Source: an uncultured Hyphomicrobiales bacterium
GTDB lineage: Bacteria > Bacteroidota > Ignavibacteria > Kapaibacteriales > Kapaibacteriaceae
Assembly (NCBI GenBank): GCA_964467455.1
Contig: CAYXQJ010000006.1
Span: 1,867-65,866, forward strand
Direction: 5' to 3'
Length of the DNA stretch: 64,000 nt
The translations under genes and the position numbers were made by a program. Shown one piece after another: positions 63,590-64,000 of this stretch. Below the pieces are notes generated by a model. That model made no database searches and had not been told where the DNA came from. It saw only the letters and a program-made list of their open reading frames with translations. How positions within the stretch are numbered: the first letter of the stretch is position 1; every line of letters starts with the position of its first letter.

Positions 63590-63618
63590 CATGCCGGGAA
63601 GCAGAGATGCCGGGAAGG
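63590..63618. repeat. GCCGGG-doublet repeat, single unit, 2 nt from the transposase-like gene stop
   Basis: CATGCCGGGAAGCAGAGATGCCGGGAAGG. Confidence 0.9.
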
Positions 63619-63620
63619 CT

Positions 63621-64000
63621 TTAGACAAGCCTCATGTCTGCAAGATCTTTGGCGAGGTCTTCGTCGTCGATCTTTGTTGAGTGAAGGTCTGTTAGAACGT
63701 AACGTGCGTACTCCTGCGCGCTGCCAAACACATCGTGTACCATTTTGTGTTCGGCCGTGATGAAGTCACGCTCGCTCACGCATTCAGCGTAGTTCGAGTA
63801 CATCCACGATCCGGGATGCGAAACGAGACCTGCTTTCACGGGGTTGCGATGGATATACTTACAGAGGCACTTGAAGTACGAGTCAGTCTTTACATGCTTG
63901 ATCTTGTAGCGGCCCTCATAGATCGTTCCGGTGCGCCGGAGATCTTTGTTGATGCGCTTCGAATACACGCCGCACATCAACATGAGAAAGCGATCTGCGC
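63621..64000 (-). CDS. IS200/IS605-type Y1 (HUH) transposase-like protein, RAYT-like; C-terminal part only (gene runs off window)
   Basis: GRYKIKHVKTDSYFKCLCKYIHRNPVKAGLVSHPGSWMYSNY matches the Y1_Tnp/RAYT C-terminal signature (YIH.NPVKAGLV...W.YS.Y). The frame is open to the window edge. Confidence 0.65.
   Translation of the reverse strand, partial: ADRFLMLMCGVYSKRINKDLRRTGTIYEGRYKIKHVKTDSYFKCLCKYIHRNPVKAGLVSHPGSWMYSNYAECVSERDFITAEHKMVHDVFGSAQEYARYVLTDLHSTKIDDEDLAKDLADMRLV

Noticed and set aside
62896-63618. Calling the GCCGGG-doublet units canonical REP/BIME elements
   Set aside because: The units are direct-repeat-based and lack the imperfect palindrome of classical REPs. I kept them as an atypical family whose link to the Y1 transposase is only a hypothesis.
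1-64000. Searched by eye for rRNA, tRNA, tmRNA, CRISPR arrays, integrases with att sites, and prophage or conjugative modules
   Set aside because: No cloverleaf-like or rRNA-like sequence appears in any intergenic gap, and all gaps are under 240 nt and mostly repeat arrays. The only recombinases are a housekeeping-type Xer and the partial Y1 transposase. I cannot exclude small ncRNAs without covariance-model searches.

Overview
A 64-kb chromosomal segment, moderately GC-rich by eye. It probably comes from an FCB-group bacterium (Bacteroidota, Ignavibacteriota or Chlorobi-like) that uses type IX secretion. That inference rests on at least six predicted secreted proteins ending in Por/T9SS-type C-terminal sorting domains. 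I support about 50 CDS. Housekeeping genes include pyrC, fmt, miaE, leuS, feoAB, a Xer recombinase, an AddA/UvrD-like helicase-nuclease, a Y-family polymerase, an aldehyde dehydrogenase plus RidA, and an M16 peptidase. Transporters include two APC permeases, an MFS transporter, a SemiSWEET and a family-5 ABC substrate-binding protein. Large T9SS cargo proteins include two giants of roughly 1600 aa built from Ig-like repeats, FN3/LamG/cohesin-like modules and tandem FG-GAP paralogs. There is also a Fic protein, an OXA-like class D beta-lactamase, and a tight CHASE2-FecR-NfeD-SPFH gene string. I saw no rRNA, tRNA, CRISPR array or prophage. The only mobile-element gene is a partial IS200/RAYT-like Y1 transposase at the right edge. 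The most unusual feature is non-coding. Almost every intergenic gap is filled with tandem arrays of a few recurring 7-, 8- and 11-nt units. Many of these are GGG-tract arrays that could form G-quadruplexes or long hairpins. There is also a dispersed 29-31-nt GCCGGG-doublet repeat family and a 38-nt hairpin repeat. The arrays sit directly against start codons, run into predicted N-terminal signal regions, supply stop codons and C-terminal residues, and bracket single genes. Many long ORFs in the six-frame track are antisense shadows or 5' over-extensions through these arrays. Starts were re-placed where the sequence supported it. All function calls come from motif recognition by eye, with no searches run.
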